From positions 184,388,001 to 184,452,000 of the forward strand of contig OZ038378.1 in NCBI GenBank assembly GCA_964036045.1: a stretch of DNA of 64,000 nt, read 5' to 3'. How positions within the stretch are numbered: the stretch's first letter is position 1; the number at the start of each line of letters is the position of its first letter. The stretch is from Eutreptiella sp. 'Long Island Sound 2002' (taxonomy: Eukaryota > Protista > Euglenida). Positions 36,829 to 48,770 of the stretch are shown in pieces. A model generated the notes under the pieces. The model was not told the origin of the DNA. It saw nothing but the letters and a program-made list of their open reading frames with translations, and made no database searches. The translations under genes were made by a program, and so were the position numbers.

Positions 36829-37053
36829 GTACCCTTCCTTCCGTCCGGTGCGGGCCTCTTGACCACTGCATACGGGCCTGAATGGGGCTGTCCTTTAACA
36901 ACGAGATTTTTGTTTGTCTTCACTGAGGAGAGCCCCTGAAGGACAGCCCTTTGGGCCGGCGGTGAATCGCCAAACGTCGGCGGTTACCCGGGAACCGCTT
37001 GCACGCGGTATCCAAAAGGGGGCACTGTTGTCCGGAAGACTGTCTGATCTGTA

Positions 37054-37367
37054 AAGGAGGGGGGGGAATTTCGGGGTGGGAGAATTTCGCTGTTAAGAAA
37101 AGTGGCGAAATTCCCGCGCGGCGAAATTTTCGCGGCGTGTGACCAACAATGTCACTGTGAATTCAGATGCAGGTGAGTACTGCGAATTCAGACATGTGCA
37201 GCGGTGTACCAGGCGGAGGGAAGGGACAAAGGTGTGTTTGTCTCCATCCAGAGCCCACCAGGAAATATCAGCAAGATTCAGGATTCCTGGAGGTGACAAA
37301 ATTTTCCCCTTCCGAAATTATCCCCGTCGAAATTGTCCCCTGGCAAATTTATCCCCCCCCCCCTTTG
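37054..37367. mobile_element. Probable MITE with G-run/C-run inverted ends and CGAAATT repeats, similar in design to 28524-29173
   Basis: Left TAAAGGAGGGGGGGAATTT versus right AAATTTATCCCCCCCCCCCTTTGTA. Confidence 0.45.
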
Positions 37368-38371
37368 TAACGACCGCCCCCTCCTATGGCTGTGTTTTTG
37401 TGTATGGACAACCGGTACTTTGTTCCTACAGTGCCCATCAAACAGACGAAATGAACGCAAGATCTTTGATGGATTAATGGAGGGGACAAATAGTCAGACA
37501 CAGACGCACGCACGCACACACACACACGCGCGCGCGCACACACACATGGAAAGAGGGAGGGGAAGAGAGAGAGAGAGCGAGAGAAAGAGAGCAATGAACA
37601 ATATTTCTCATGGACACAACTGTGCAAGAGCGATGAACTGGCGACAGAGGGGGTGCTCTCCGACTAAAGCTTCGCCCACGTTGTTGTGAATGAGAAAGGG
37701 CGGAACAGCCCATTGAAGGAAGGAGGACCTCTTTCAGGAAGTTCCTCGGCACAACCCCGCCTCGCTGAAATTTCCAAGCGAAGTTTCTTTGCCGCTGCAG
37801 CGGTCAACATGAAGCATTTTGTAACGCCGTGGGCCATGCAGAAGAAGTACGGTGCCTCACCCGCTGCTGGTGGTGGTGGTGGGTGTGCGCAGGGGGGCTT
37901 GGGGGGGGAGGGGCACACACGTGACAAACCACAAGTCACCGTACGGGGGTCGGGGGGGCGTACGCGGCCCCACATTCTGATCGCCGCTGCCCCCGACCTC
38001 GTCAAAGGGGCCGTGGTGCTACCGCTCGGTAGGATCCTGCTCGCGCCCCCCGGCCGGGGGTCGCGGGGCGGTCCTCCCTTAACGGGTGGTGGAGGTTTCG
38101 CGGTGTGTGCCCAGTCCTTCACACCGTACCCCTTTCCGGCCACCGCGCACACATCGCTGACCAAAGTCATCCCTGTGCTAAGTAAGGGAAGTGACGGGAC
38201 AGAATGTTCAACGCAAAGCCGTGATGGTCCAGACCACACGTTCTCAACAACCAAAACTGATCGCAGGGCTCTGTTTACTCAGAAGCAGATCGAGCTCCCT
38301 CCGGGCCTTACTCCTCACTGCCTCCTCGTCACCTCCGGTGAGGGGGCACCTGCCTCTGCTTTTCTCGACAG

Positions 38372-38658
38372 ACGAGGTCACTTCGGCCATCAACTACTTC
38401 TACTTCCACTGCTGGAGGCGCCTCCTCAATCACAACGGCAACTTCTGGTGGCCGCCCTTTCAAGTCTCAGCCCCCCTCTTCTTCGCGTACGCGGGCCGCA
38501 GGATTGAGCCGTTCCACTGCGACGATTGGTTGCGCACGGTGCAGGCGTCGCCACGCAACCGTGTGATGGAGTGTGACTCCGGGCACTGGCTCATGCGAAG
38601 CTGCTCTGGGGCCATCAATGAGGAGGTCTACGCGTGGCTGCAGGATCCGCTGCAGTGA
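38372..38658 (+). CDS. Hydrolase terminal exon D with catalytic His (GHW)
   Basis: TTTTCTCGACAG acceptor; the phase-1 join gives PSDEVTSAINYFY...DSGHWLM...INEEVYAWL; TGA at 38656-58. Confidence 0.9.
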
Positions 38659-40999
38659 TGTGGTTTACGGTCCGGCGATGGAGACCAAGGCCAGTGCAAA
38701 GCCCCCCCCCCTGGCCCCGGCAAACCCAGCCTGGACTCGGAGTGTGCATCTGGATGCACCTGGCCAACGGCACGGGCAACAGCCCGTCTCTGGGACGGCC
38801 GACCCCGGAGTAGTCAAACAGGGCAAGAGGGTCGGAATGCACAGTGACGAGAAACCAAGAGGCGCCGCCAAAGGCAAGCAAACCAACACCATGGCCTCGT
38901 GCCAACCCCCCCCTCCCACGGCACGGCACTGAGGCTGCCCTCCACTACTGGAGGACATACCCCTCCGTGTGGCTGTCAGGGGCTTCTTCAAGCACAAGGA
39001 TTCTGCATCGGCGTCCGTTGCTCCGTCGTAGCGCAGCCTTCCGTCAGCCCACAAAGGCACATTCACATCGACTGCGCTCGACGGACGATGGTGTTGGGTC
39101 TGCGTGCCCGGACTTGAGCTGTACTCAGACGACCCCAGTTCATCTGCTTTGGTTCGATTGGCGTTTATGCGTCACAGAACAGTCGCGCGGGGGGGACAGG
39201 GCGCGGCTCCACCCGCGCTCTGGTGCCTCGTGCGGCGTCCCTTGCCAGTCTCCCTGTCATCACTGCCCCGGCGCTGCCCGTGTCGAAGCCCCACAGGCCC
39301 CTCTCTCCGTCTGCGCATGTCCATTGCAACGAAAGTCGTGGGGCTGCATCATTGCCCGGGGGCGCAGTCTGCCCCGTGGCAGCCAAGTGCGCCCGAGGGG
39401 ACCCCCTTGTGCATGGCTCTGCCGCGCGGCGGAGGAGTGCCGGATGCCCCAGTCCGCTTCGGCATCGCGGGGGTCGCTGAGCCGTCGCTTCGTGGCAGTG
39501 CTGCAGCCTCGGTGCCCCCCAGCCCAACACCGCGTGCCAGTTCGTCGCTGCCAGACGTGCAGCTGGCAGCCGGTCGTCGCAAACGACCCAAGCCTCCGGG
39601 ATGAGCCCGGGTCACGCACATTTATTGGGAAGAGTAACGTGACCCCTCATACCGGGTCCTCTGAACCATTTGAGCGGAGGGGCCAGAGTGTGACCCCATT
39701 GTTATCCACCACGTCCCCTGTGCACACACCGCACACCCCCAAACCCTCAGCTTGGCGCATTCGCGCCACCTCCGCTGGCCTTGATGCCAATCCAATGGCA
39801 GGTGTGCAGCACACGCTGGCACCCCAAGTGCTCGGCCTGTCAGAATGGGCTGAACCTGCCCAGACAGGAACATGATGGCGGTGGAGGTGCAGGAGTATGA
39901 TCTGGGCGGGTCCCCTTGAGATTCGACAGTCGAAGGGCGGATCATGGGAACCTTCGATTTGCGCTGGGCGTTGCTGCTCCAAACGGTCCAAGGGCCACCA
40001 GATGCGGATGCTGCGTTGATTCCAGAGCCCGGTCCCGGAGGAAGCCCCCCCCAAAAACCTGGTGGCAGAGGGGGTGGCTGGCCTCTGCCATCCCCCCGCG
40101 GAATGCAACAGACGCGGGGGGTGTGGAGGTGCATTTGGCATACACTTTTCATGGCACCAAACTGCAGCCATACAGAATCACAACGGGAGGGGCGGCTCGC
40201 TGTAAGGAGATCGCTGCCAGGCCCTTGTGGAGCCTGCAGGGCAACCAAGTGGCCACGGCCAAAGGCCACTTCTTATGGCTGTGCACCGTGAGTCGGGTTT
40301 GTAAGCTATGCGGAGTTGTTGCTTGCTAAGACTCAGCGTGGACTGGTCCGCAGTACCAAATGGAAAGCTCAGGGCACGGACCATTTGCTGTGGCGATGCG
40401 GTATCCCATGTGTCTGTGTCTGCCTTCAAACCCTTGGTAACCAGACGAGCCTTGGCTTTGACGCCGCCATGAGGCAGCAATCCCTCAGGATTCCCCTCGA
40501 GTAGCACCGCTCTTTTGACTCATCTCAGGAACCAAATCAAAATATTTTACAGTCACGCCAGCTCTGGAGTCCGTGGCGCTGCTTTTCCTCAATGAAGGTT
40601 TGCTCCCGTGCCCTCCACTTAGGAACTCCCTTGATTTTCCTTGGTTTTCTGCCATTAAAGAATCTCTTGGGGAAAACAAACCCACAAGACAACGCCCACT
40701 TTAGCTCATACACCACCCCAGGTCAGTGGAACATGAACTCGGAACTACCGCCAAACCCATTGCCCGCGAACACGCAACAAGTTGAGCCCCTTCTTTTCTG
40801 CTTGTGCCCGCTGTGCCCGGTGCTCATTTTTTTTGTCACGCAGCACAGAAGATAGTGCCAGTTCTGCACTTGCAATTCCAATGCATCTGCGCTGCTCAAC
40901 TGTGTTGCTGGTGTGCCCGGGCAATCTTTGATCTTCAGAGGCGATTCTTTTAGAAGGTGGGGGATCAGTACCACAACCCAATCTTCGTAGATTCCTGCA

Positions 41000-41560
41000 G
41001 ATGGTAGGGTGCATCATCATTGTCTAGGGAGCATAGCATACTCTCCTTGGGTTCCTTTAGTTGGTAGGGTGCAGAATGACTGTTGAGGGTGCATAGTACC
41101 ATGGAGTCTTGTAGCTGGCCGGAAGCAAAATAATTGTTTCGGGTGCATGATCTCTGTGCTTCCTGTGGGTGCAGAACGATTGTACAGGGTGCATCATCTC
41201 CTCGTGGATTCCTAAGTGAGTACGGCGCAACATAATTGCTCAGGGTGCACAATCTCTGTGGCGGTTTTAACTTGCATAATGATTCTTTCGGGTGCATGAT
41301 CTCTGTCGATTGCTGTAGTTAGTCGGCTGCATAGTAGTTGTGCAAGGCGCAGAATCTCCATGCATACTTGTAGTGGGTAGGGCGCAAAATGTTTGTTCTG
41401 GGTGCATGATCTCCAAGGATTCTTGTAGTTGGTAAGGTGCAGAATAGTTGTGCAGGGTGCATAACCTCCATGAATGCCGGGAGTTGGCAGGGTGCATAAA
41501 GGTTGTTTGGGGTGCATGACTTCCGTAGATTCCTGTAATTGGTTAGCATAACGATTGTGC
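41000..41560. repeat. Degenerate minisatellite of about 50-55 bp (GGGTGCATGATCTC core)
   Basis: The core recurs at about 41141, 41290, 41400, 41455 and 41510. Confidence 0.6.
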
Positions 41561-43499
41561 AGGGTAAAAAAGTAGGTATCTAAAAGGTGTTGTGTCAGGG
41601 GGTTTTCGGGGTTACACTGATCCATGATCCATGATGGCTGCCACTGAGGGCACTAGACCATGTTATGGTTGTATTGGTTGTGGCGGAATGTCAGATAGGA
41701 AGGATGTGGTGCCTCATGGGTCCTCTGGGTCCACGAATGCCCCCTGTGTCAACAACAGCATGGCACCACTGTACACACTAGACAGATATGGTGTCCAGCA
41801 TAGTCAGCTGCATTCTGTAGGGCAGGTGGCTTCTTTCATGGGGCAAATGGGTTGCCACATGAATGGGCCGAATCTCTCGAGCAATTGTGGGACAACGCAG
41901 CAAGCTGCGTGTTGCAAAACTCCGTATCGCAGAAACGTCTGTAGATGGGGCTTCAGCACACCCCCGAAGCTAGACATAGCTTGCCACCAGTATGCCATGC
42001 TTCACAGCGTCATTAGGATCCGGGGCATTTGCCGCCTAAAACTGACAAAGGGTCCTTGCCCGCCCCACCATCACATTGCCCCACTTCCTGTGGCATGTGT
42101 TGGTAGTGGGTGAGACCCGGCGACCCATTAGCTGCAACGAACCAGCTGAGTGTGCAATACTTAGTTGGTCATTGGTTTCATGAGAGTTGGGAGCCATGCC
42201 ATGGGGAGATTGAGGACAAGGTATGTTCCTCAGCTCCAAGGCTGCTACAGTGAGGGTGCCCGCCACTGTGGCAGTGATTTGTTGCTCAGATGACAAGGAA
42301 ACGAACGACCTGCCCCTTTTCAGCATGGATCCTGTGCAGCATCACACGCATGTGCACGGAAAATGCGTGTCTTCAGCCAATTGTATTCGTCTCTGATTTC
42401 GAATTCTGCTGCGGGCATTTGCTCTATACTTTCTGCACTGAATGTCAGCTGGATTGCTGTTGGGTTTGGCTGGTGACAGCCATCATGCAAGTGTCTGCAC
42501 AGCATATTGCAGAACAGGTGAAGGCTTCTTTGTCCGAACGCATGCCCTATTCCACGACGTCCACTGTACCGCTGAAGGCGACGGGTATGGTTGCAGTGGG
42601 TAGGGGGTTATGTGTGGTGGCGAGGTTGCTCTCCACAGTGGAAGAAGGGCATGACCTATGCAGCACCACCCACCAAGGAACACCCCACCCAAGATTAGTA
42701 CAGTGCCCAATATGCAACCCACAATCTTCGTGGAGTGGGCCACTTGGGGACTGCCGGAGTCCATCGCCCTACAATGGGCCCACAACGCTGGCCCCGAATA
42801 TCTGGCACGTGTGTCCAAAGTCCACATACCTAACAAACGAAACATGAACTTGAGCAAAATGTCTTTGCCATGGTAAGGCATGCAAGAAGTAGTGGAGTTT
42901 CAACATGACTTGCGCCCCCCTGCCCCATGTTTGCAGGCTAGCTTTTGGCAAGATCAGTGCTACACAAGGAATTGAAGCCATGTTTTACTTGCTATTAGTG
43001 GTATGTAGGTTAGGGTGCCTAGTTCAACCCCCCCCCCCCCTACGGGAATCCCGTATTCCCCGTACTGCCCCGAACACTGGCCCGTACAGTGGGTTCTCAG
43101 AACCATACCACAGAAATAGGCAATATTAGGCACCCATTTGTCTCTTTTTCCTGCCCTCCCCTGTGCTCTTGACCAGACTATGCCTTGTAATGTATGCCCC
43201 TCCAAGAATGCTGAAACTGTTGCTTTTTTGTCTTTGGCCGAGTTGGATCGTTGTACCCTTCGACAGAAGCATTCTGATTGTGCTGAAGATTGGTTTACTT
43301 GTGAACTGTGTGTCCGCCAAGCCAGGCCAAACCCTTTTTTGGGGGTCAACGTCCAGTCGGTCTGCTACTTCAACCAGTACTACTACTGCTGCTGCTACTA
43401 CTGCTACTGCTACTGCTACTGCAACAAGTTCAGCTACTACTACTGCCACGCGTGCTGTACCAGTGAAACTAGTGAAACCTTTGCGCAAAGCAAAGAAAC

Positions 43500-43690
43500 C
43501 AAAGACATTGAAGACCATCACAGTGGATGACCGTGCAGCAAAGTAGCAAGTATGGGAAGTATGGGTCCTACAACAACAATGGAGTTCTGACTTGCAGGCC
43601 CTGTGGACAAAGATTGGACTACACAAGGGATGACGTCATCACAACTCATATTACACGAGATGGTCATGACAGGAAATGTGCAGCCCAAAT
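43500..43690 (+). pseudogene. CGGBP1-like Zn-finger relic (hAT transposase N-terminus type)
   Basis: KTITVDDRAAK*, then after a frameshift YNNNGVLTCRPCGQRLDYTRDDVITTHITRDGH. This resembles the CGGBP1 pattern VTPLDR...GGKLFCxxC...L.H.R...I.DH....H. Confidence 0.5.
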
Positions 43691-43800
43691 TTTCCATGGA
43701 GCTTTTTTTTGTTGTTTGTGATTGTGTCCAATGCATGTCATCTGCACTTGTAATGCTGAGAAAAAAATGCTACAAAAAGCGCCAAAAGCGCCAAAAATAG

Positions 43801-43870
43801 CGCCAGAAGCAGGTTTTGAATCCACGACCTTTGAGTTCTGGGTATGTGCATGTACCAACTAGGGTATGAC
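43801..43870 (-). other. tRNA-derived (Pol III A/B box) segment; second copy at 57249-57318
   Basis: Minus strand TACCCTAGTTGGTA (A-box-like) and GGATTCAAAACC (B-box-like), 70 nt. Followed by (T)nGGCGC repeats and an A-run. Confidence 0.4.
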
Positions 43871-44629
43871 ATGTTTCTGTTGAAATGATGCTTATAGGTG
43901 GTATTATGAAGAGGCTTGGATTTTCTCAAAAAAAAAATGGACATATTTTGGGGTTTGGGGTCACTACGCAATGCCCTACTGAGGGTTTTTTTTACCAAAA
44001 ATGGTCTGCCCCGCACAGTAGCCCGTACAGTGGAAAAAATTTTGGAAAAAATTTGCCCTGTACTAATAGTTGACAAAAACAGCCAAATGAGGTACACCAA
44101 GGGGTAGGCATGTCCCAAGAAGGGTAATAGCGATTTCCACCATGCATTGTGGGCCCTCCCAAATCCTTTGGCAATTGCGAACACAAATGCATCCCTCGCA
44201 AACAATTCACAGCCCACACAAAGTATGTAGCACAAAATACTAGTGTGTTACTGCAAATGAGGAGCTGTTGGAACACACCACAATGGACGTGAATTGCGGG
44301 CACATACCCGGTCAAAGGTGTCCAACGCCCTTCTAACAGATCCAGGACAAAGAAGTTGTACGATGAGGCCAGTTAGGATGACGGTATCTTGCTCCACAAC
44401 CGAGCTGTTGTGCGCTTTTTTCCACCAAGTCTATCCTTCGTTTATCTTTGTGTGACAAATTTGATGTATTGTACACATTGCATTGACACGGACACCTATG
44501 ACAAGTGCCTATTGCTTAATTCCCCTCGTCTTTTCCCAACAGACCTCATGTACGCTTTGGATTCTCCAATGGTGTCACATTGTGCACACAAGTTGCTGCT
44601 TCTGGGATTGTCCTTAGCAGACGAGCTAA

Positions 44630-45500
44630 GAGAGTATGTTAGCACGCCGGGCAAACTTTCCCCGTATTTTCCCCCAGTTCCCCCCATTTTCCGCATTTTT
44701 TGTCCCCGTGTTGGGGACACGTTGTTGTTTGAAAATGGATATTTTGATGCTTCTTCCGCATTGGGGATGTGGTATATTTGGAGTTTCACCCTTTTTCACT
44801 CATTTTTTGCTCATTTCCACCACATCCATTTCTTTTTAGGTTGATATTTATCTATCCCCACTATGGGGACCCTGAGAAGGCAGGGGTGATGTAGCCATAT
44901 TGATCTATCCCCACTATGGCTTGGCGTGGCAATGCAGATCAGTTGCACCAAAGTGTGCGCGTGTTGTTGCATTTCACACATTTTTGCATTAGGAGGCAAG
45001 TACGGTTTAAGCCTTATGGTCCATGGGACCATTTGCCGCCGCATGTTTGGGCCGTTGTTGATGAGCCAAGCACTGCCTCACGAGATGATTGTGATGAAGA
45101 AGATGAAGATTTTTGTGCTTTGTGTTGTCACAAACGCACCATCACAGTTTGTGGGCAATGAAATGAGAGGTATTGCGCTGAGTGTATTGACCCTCACACT
45201 TGTGGAGATGAAGTTGTGCATGTTGCACCGTAATTTTGCACTGTTTCTTTACATCCGTGACCTTCCCATGTTACAATACATCCTGTATTATTTCTTTGGA
45301 ACACAATCCTCGGCAAGCATAACGGTTATGGAATAACAATGCATGAGAGGTTCCTTGTTCACTTGCAGTTGTGCTTTGTGGTGTCATTCGTGCTTAGGGT
45401 TCCTGGGCTGGAGGAGGGAGTGATATCTAGTGGTAAAGCATGGGGATGGACGACCGGGACATTGATTTGGATGCCCGGCGCGCCGGGCAAACATACCCTC
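44630..45500 (+). mobile_element. PIF/Harbinger-like deletion derivative (871 bp)
   Basis: TIRs GAGAGTATGTTAGC and reverse-complemented GAGGGTATGTTTGC. TSD TAA at 44627-29 and 45501-03. Remnant LLHFTHFCIRRQVRFKPYGPW...CALCCHK. Confidence 0.85.
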
Positions 45501-46467
45501 TAAGGTAGTAGGGGTGGCCTAATTTTGAGGGCGTATGGAAGGGGTCGGTCTGGGGCTAAAAGTAGCGTGTAGTGCAAGGATTTCCCCCAGAGTACCAACA
45601 GGTGACAATCCCCGGCATCCGATGTTGCTCCAACATGAAGCAACCAACAAGCTCCCACGTATCCTCCAACGACAGCCACCATACTATCCAAGTGGCTCGC
45701 ATCACATACGAGGTGGCCGGGGCTGTGGTTACCAAAGGCCCCTTGTGGATCCTCATTGGGGTCACCGGGCTAGCAATTTTCCAGAGCTGAAATACACAGG
45801 CAGCAATCATTGATCCTACTATTGCCAATGATGGTGACAAGCTATACCCTAACAACAAGGGTCATCATGTGTGCTAGCTAGCAGCCGCACCGTGGTGCAC
45901 GGACATGGACCTCTGATCAAAGGTACACCACAATTTTCAAGCAAAGATGGTCACCCTACCATGGATCCCTTGCCACAAGAAAGAGTCCATGGCAGCAAAG
46001 GCGCAGGAGCAAGAAGAGATACGGCGGAACACAGAGGTTGACTTCCTTGCCAAGACGCGGGACTATGACTGTGAGGGCCCCCGAGGGCTAGGGGACATAG
46101 CCATGTGCGGAGGGCCTTGGCATGGGGGAAATCCGCTTGCATCCAGGAGCAAGAGGGGGGGGGGGGCGGGGCGGTTGGGAAATTGATACATTTGACAGGA
46201 AAATGTTTGGTCACAAATGACTGATGTTTTTGTTTTGACCGGTGACCCCTAAAGTGCCAGGTGTGTCCAATGATGAGGTTTCTTGGTACCGTACTTTACA
46301 AGAGACCACATGAAAGGCAATTTCATTCCCAAGAATTTGAAGTTGCCTGAGCCCAAACCAGCCCCTAAACCTCGGGCAAAGGCATCTTCGACGGCATCTT
46401 CAAGTGGCGAACATGTGCAATTGTTCCGCATGGCGTATCATCGCAAGAAGGGTTTCCAAGTCGAACA

Positions 46468-46731
46468 TTTGTAGGCTTCTCATGCTTCATTGCTTGTGAG
46501 AACATGGGTGTGAACGTGAATTTCCATGTTTCAAACACTTTCTTGTGTTTGCATGCCTTTGGGAACATGGGTGTCAATGGAGGTTGAGGTGCACTCATAC
46601 TATGCACTCATTTACATGTGTGTGGGTAGTTGCATATGTCGCGCGCAAGCTACGTACGTGTCCAAGCTACAGTAGGCGTAGGGACCATATTAATTTCATA
46701 CTTTGGCATAGCTTATACAAGGGGGGCGGGG
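46468..46731. mobile_element. Family A right arm; left end not located
   Basis: Aligns with 56100-56354 and ends GCATAGCTTATACAAGGGGGGCGGGG|TA. Confidence 0.75.
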
Positions 46732-47825
46732 TACAACCGCATGTAGCACAGTTACAGCAACATACGCACTTCCATTGCTACTTCCCGACGCCGCATTATC
46801 GCTTGGAGGCGCCAGGGAACTCTCCTTCCTGACTCTTGTGACACACTGGTTGAAACGCGTCGCACGAGGAAAGAAAAATTTTGGGTTCAATCCCTGCGTG
46901 CTTTGAGGCATCGATCGATGCAGGCACTTACACAAGTTGCCGCTTAGCCGCTAAGGGAAAACTGATCTATTGTAGAGGACCTCTTCCGGGCCGCTGCAGC
47001 CACCGTGCATCACCTCAAAAAGCGCTCACAGCCCTGTGCCCCTGAAAACCCCAACCCAAAAAGGACCTGCATGCCCCGCACTCCCCCAAAACCCTCCGAG
47101 TCAGAGTCGTGGCGACAGTGTAGCCAGACCCGTGGAGAAAAATGACCTAACCGTCCGCAGACCTGACACTTCACACTTGAGCCTTACGCTTGTCGGTGGT
47201 GCCGGCTGCGCGCCAGTTACTATCTTTTCACCAACTTGTGGCAGGCCGACCCTCGTGTGGCTCCCCCCCCTTTTTCTATCTTTTCCCCCACAGGTGTGGA
47301 ATGCCACTCCCAAGCGCGCCGTAACCCTGCTTGGGTGTTGGGGGGGTTGGGTTGGGTTGGGCTGGCGGCCTCATGCAGGAGCAGGCCCTCGGGTGTGGGC
47401 TTCCTTCCCTGCCCCACCACGAGGCTGAACAACCTGACTGTCCGGTTCCAAGGCCGAGCGGACTATCGACAGCCACCAGACCCCACCGAAGCGCAGGTGG
47501 GCGGAAGATGCCGTCGTCCTGTGTGTAGGCGCGCGCGCGGGCAGGGGTGTGGGCGGGGGCTGGGCCTTGCGTGTGGGGGGCAAGTGTGGCCTGGTGCTCC
47601 AGGCCCGGTGGGGCAGGCCATGGGAGCCCGACGTTGAGCCCACCGGGGAGTAGTGGGCCAGGGCATCGCATCCTCCTGGTCACAGAGACACGCTGCCCGC
47701 CCGTCCCACGACTGCGTACGCACGGGGACGGGTGTGCGCCGGGCACGACTGGGGGGGACCCGCGCTCCTTGACTGCCTGTTGGCACAGGTGGCGCTGCTG
47801 TACTAGCTGGGTCCCGCGGGTGTTG

Positions 47826-48083
47826 GGGGGGGGGGGGTTCCCAAGGGGTCTAGGGCACAACTTGCTTATGCAGTTTTCGAGCCTCGGCAGCTCCAAAATG
47901 GAACTTTCCGAAACTGATTTTTTGATGCTTTGACCATCCAAAATGATCAAATATCTTATGTAAAGCATGTTTTAGCCCCTCTTTTTGTGTTTTTCTCACT
48001 ATTTGGGTGTGTGTGGGGGGGGGGTGGCTCCCAAGGGGTCTAGGGCACAACCTCCTATGCAGTTTTCTAGCCTCGGCAGCTCA
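47826..48083. repeat. Pair of direct repeats of about 65 bp (G-run + CCCAAGGGGTCTAGGGCACAAC...CTCGGCAGCTC)
   Basis: Copies at about 47826-47891 and 48016-48081. Confidence 0.8.
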
Positions 48084-48567
48084 AGAATGTTCGTCCCTCT
48101 CCCCTCTTCGAGGTGCCTTGCCGAAGGCAATAGAATTGATGATCGAGCCAACATAGTGGATGTTCATAGATGGCATGAATAGCAGGAGGTCAATAGAATG
48201 ATAGCGGAGGAGACCACATTGCGCTTGGTGATTGGATTCGTGACAGCCAGCGGGCGTCCGATCATGCTCAGTGAGCTAGAGATTGTCTCTGTTTTGGTCC
48301 GATTGTCATGGCATGTGCAAACGATCCTCCACTGTGCAGGGGAGGTCCAATGGATCAGAAAAACACAACGGCACCATTTTTTTTGGGTGGGAGGTCAAAG
48401 GGCAGGCGATGCTAGTGGGAGGGGCACGAAACTTGGTCATGGGAGTCAACACCAAGGGGGAGAGACACTATTTGTGGACCAGTGGAACACAAGGGATGTT
48501 GAGCCAAGTTAAGAACATGGTTTTTGGCCCGCACGCGGGAGTGGGGAGAGTAGCCCGGGTACATTTT

Positions 48568-48770
48568 TGACTCACTGTTGCTCCAGGAATTACAGTGACT
48601 CACTGAGGTCCGGAAACAACAGTGACTCGCTGGTGGTCCGGAAATTACAATGACTCACTGGGGGCCCGGAAATTAGAGTGACCCACTGGGGTTCCGGAAA
48701 TTACAATGACTCACTGGGCGGTCTGAAAATTACACTGACTCACCGGGGGTCCGAAACTTACAATGACTCA
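48568..48770. repeat. 28-bp minisatellite, about 7.3 copies, each with TGACTCA and usually CCGGAAAT
   Basis: Units such as TGACTCACTGGGGGCCCGGAAATTAGAG. Confidence 0.9.

Larger units (their letters stand above)
43028..44045. mobile_element. Family C composite repeat (C-run left end, Cys-rich ORF relics, tRNA-like segment); deleted copy at 56726-57470
   Basis: Colinear homology between the two loci from CCCCCTAC.GGAATCCCGTAT to GCCCGTACAGTGGAAAA. GCCCGTACAGTGG is a direct repeat near both ends. Confidence 0.75.

Noticed and set aside
37801-37851. Possible 51-nt phase-1 cassette exon in the hydrolase
   Set aside because: It has AG/GT ends and keeps frame, but the direct C-to-D join already gives a coherent sequence and the surroundings look repeat-derived. 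It needs RNA-seq.
38844-40330. Several GC-rich ORFs downstream of the hydrolase
   Set aside because: No recognisable domain or consistent exon chain.
43138-43530. Cys/Tyr-rich protein YYYCCCYYCYC
   Set aside because: The tract is a (TAC/TGC)n trinucleotide repeat inside repeat family C.
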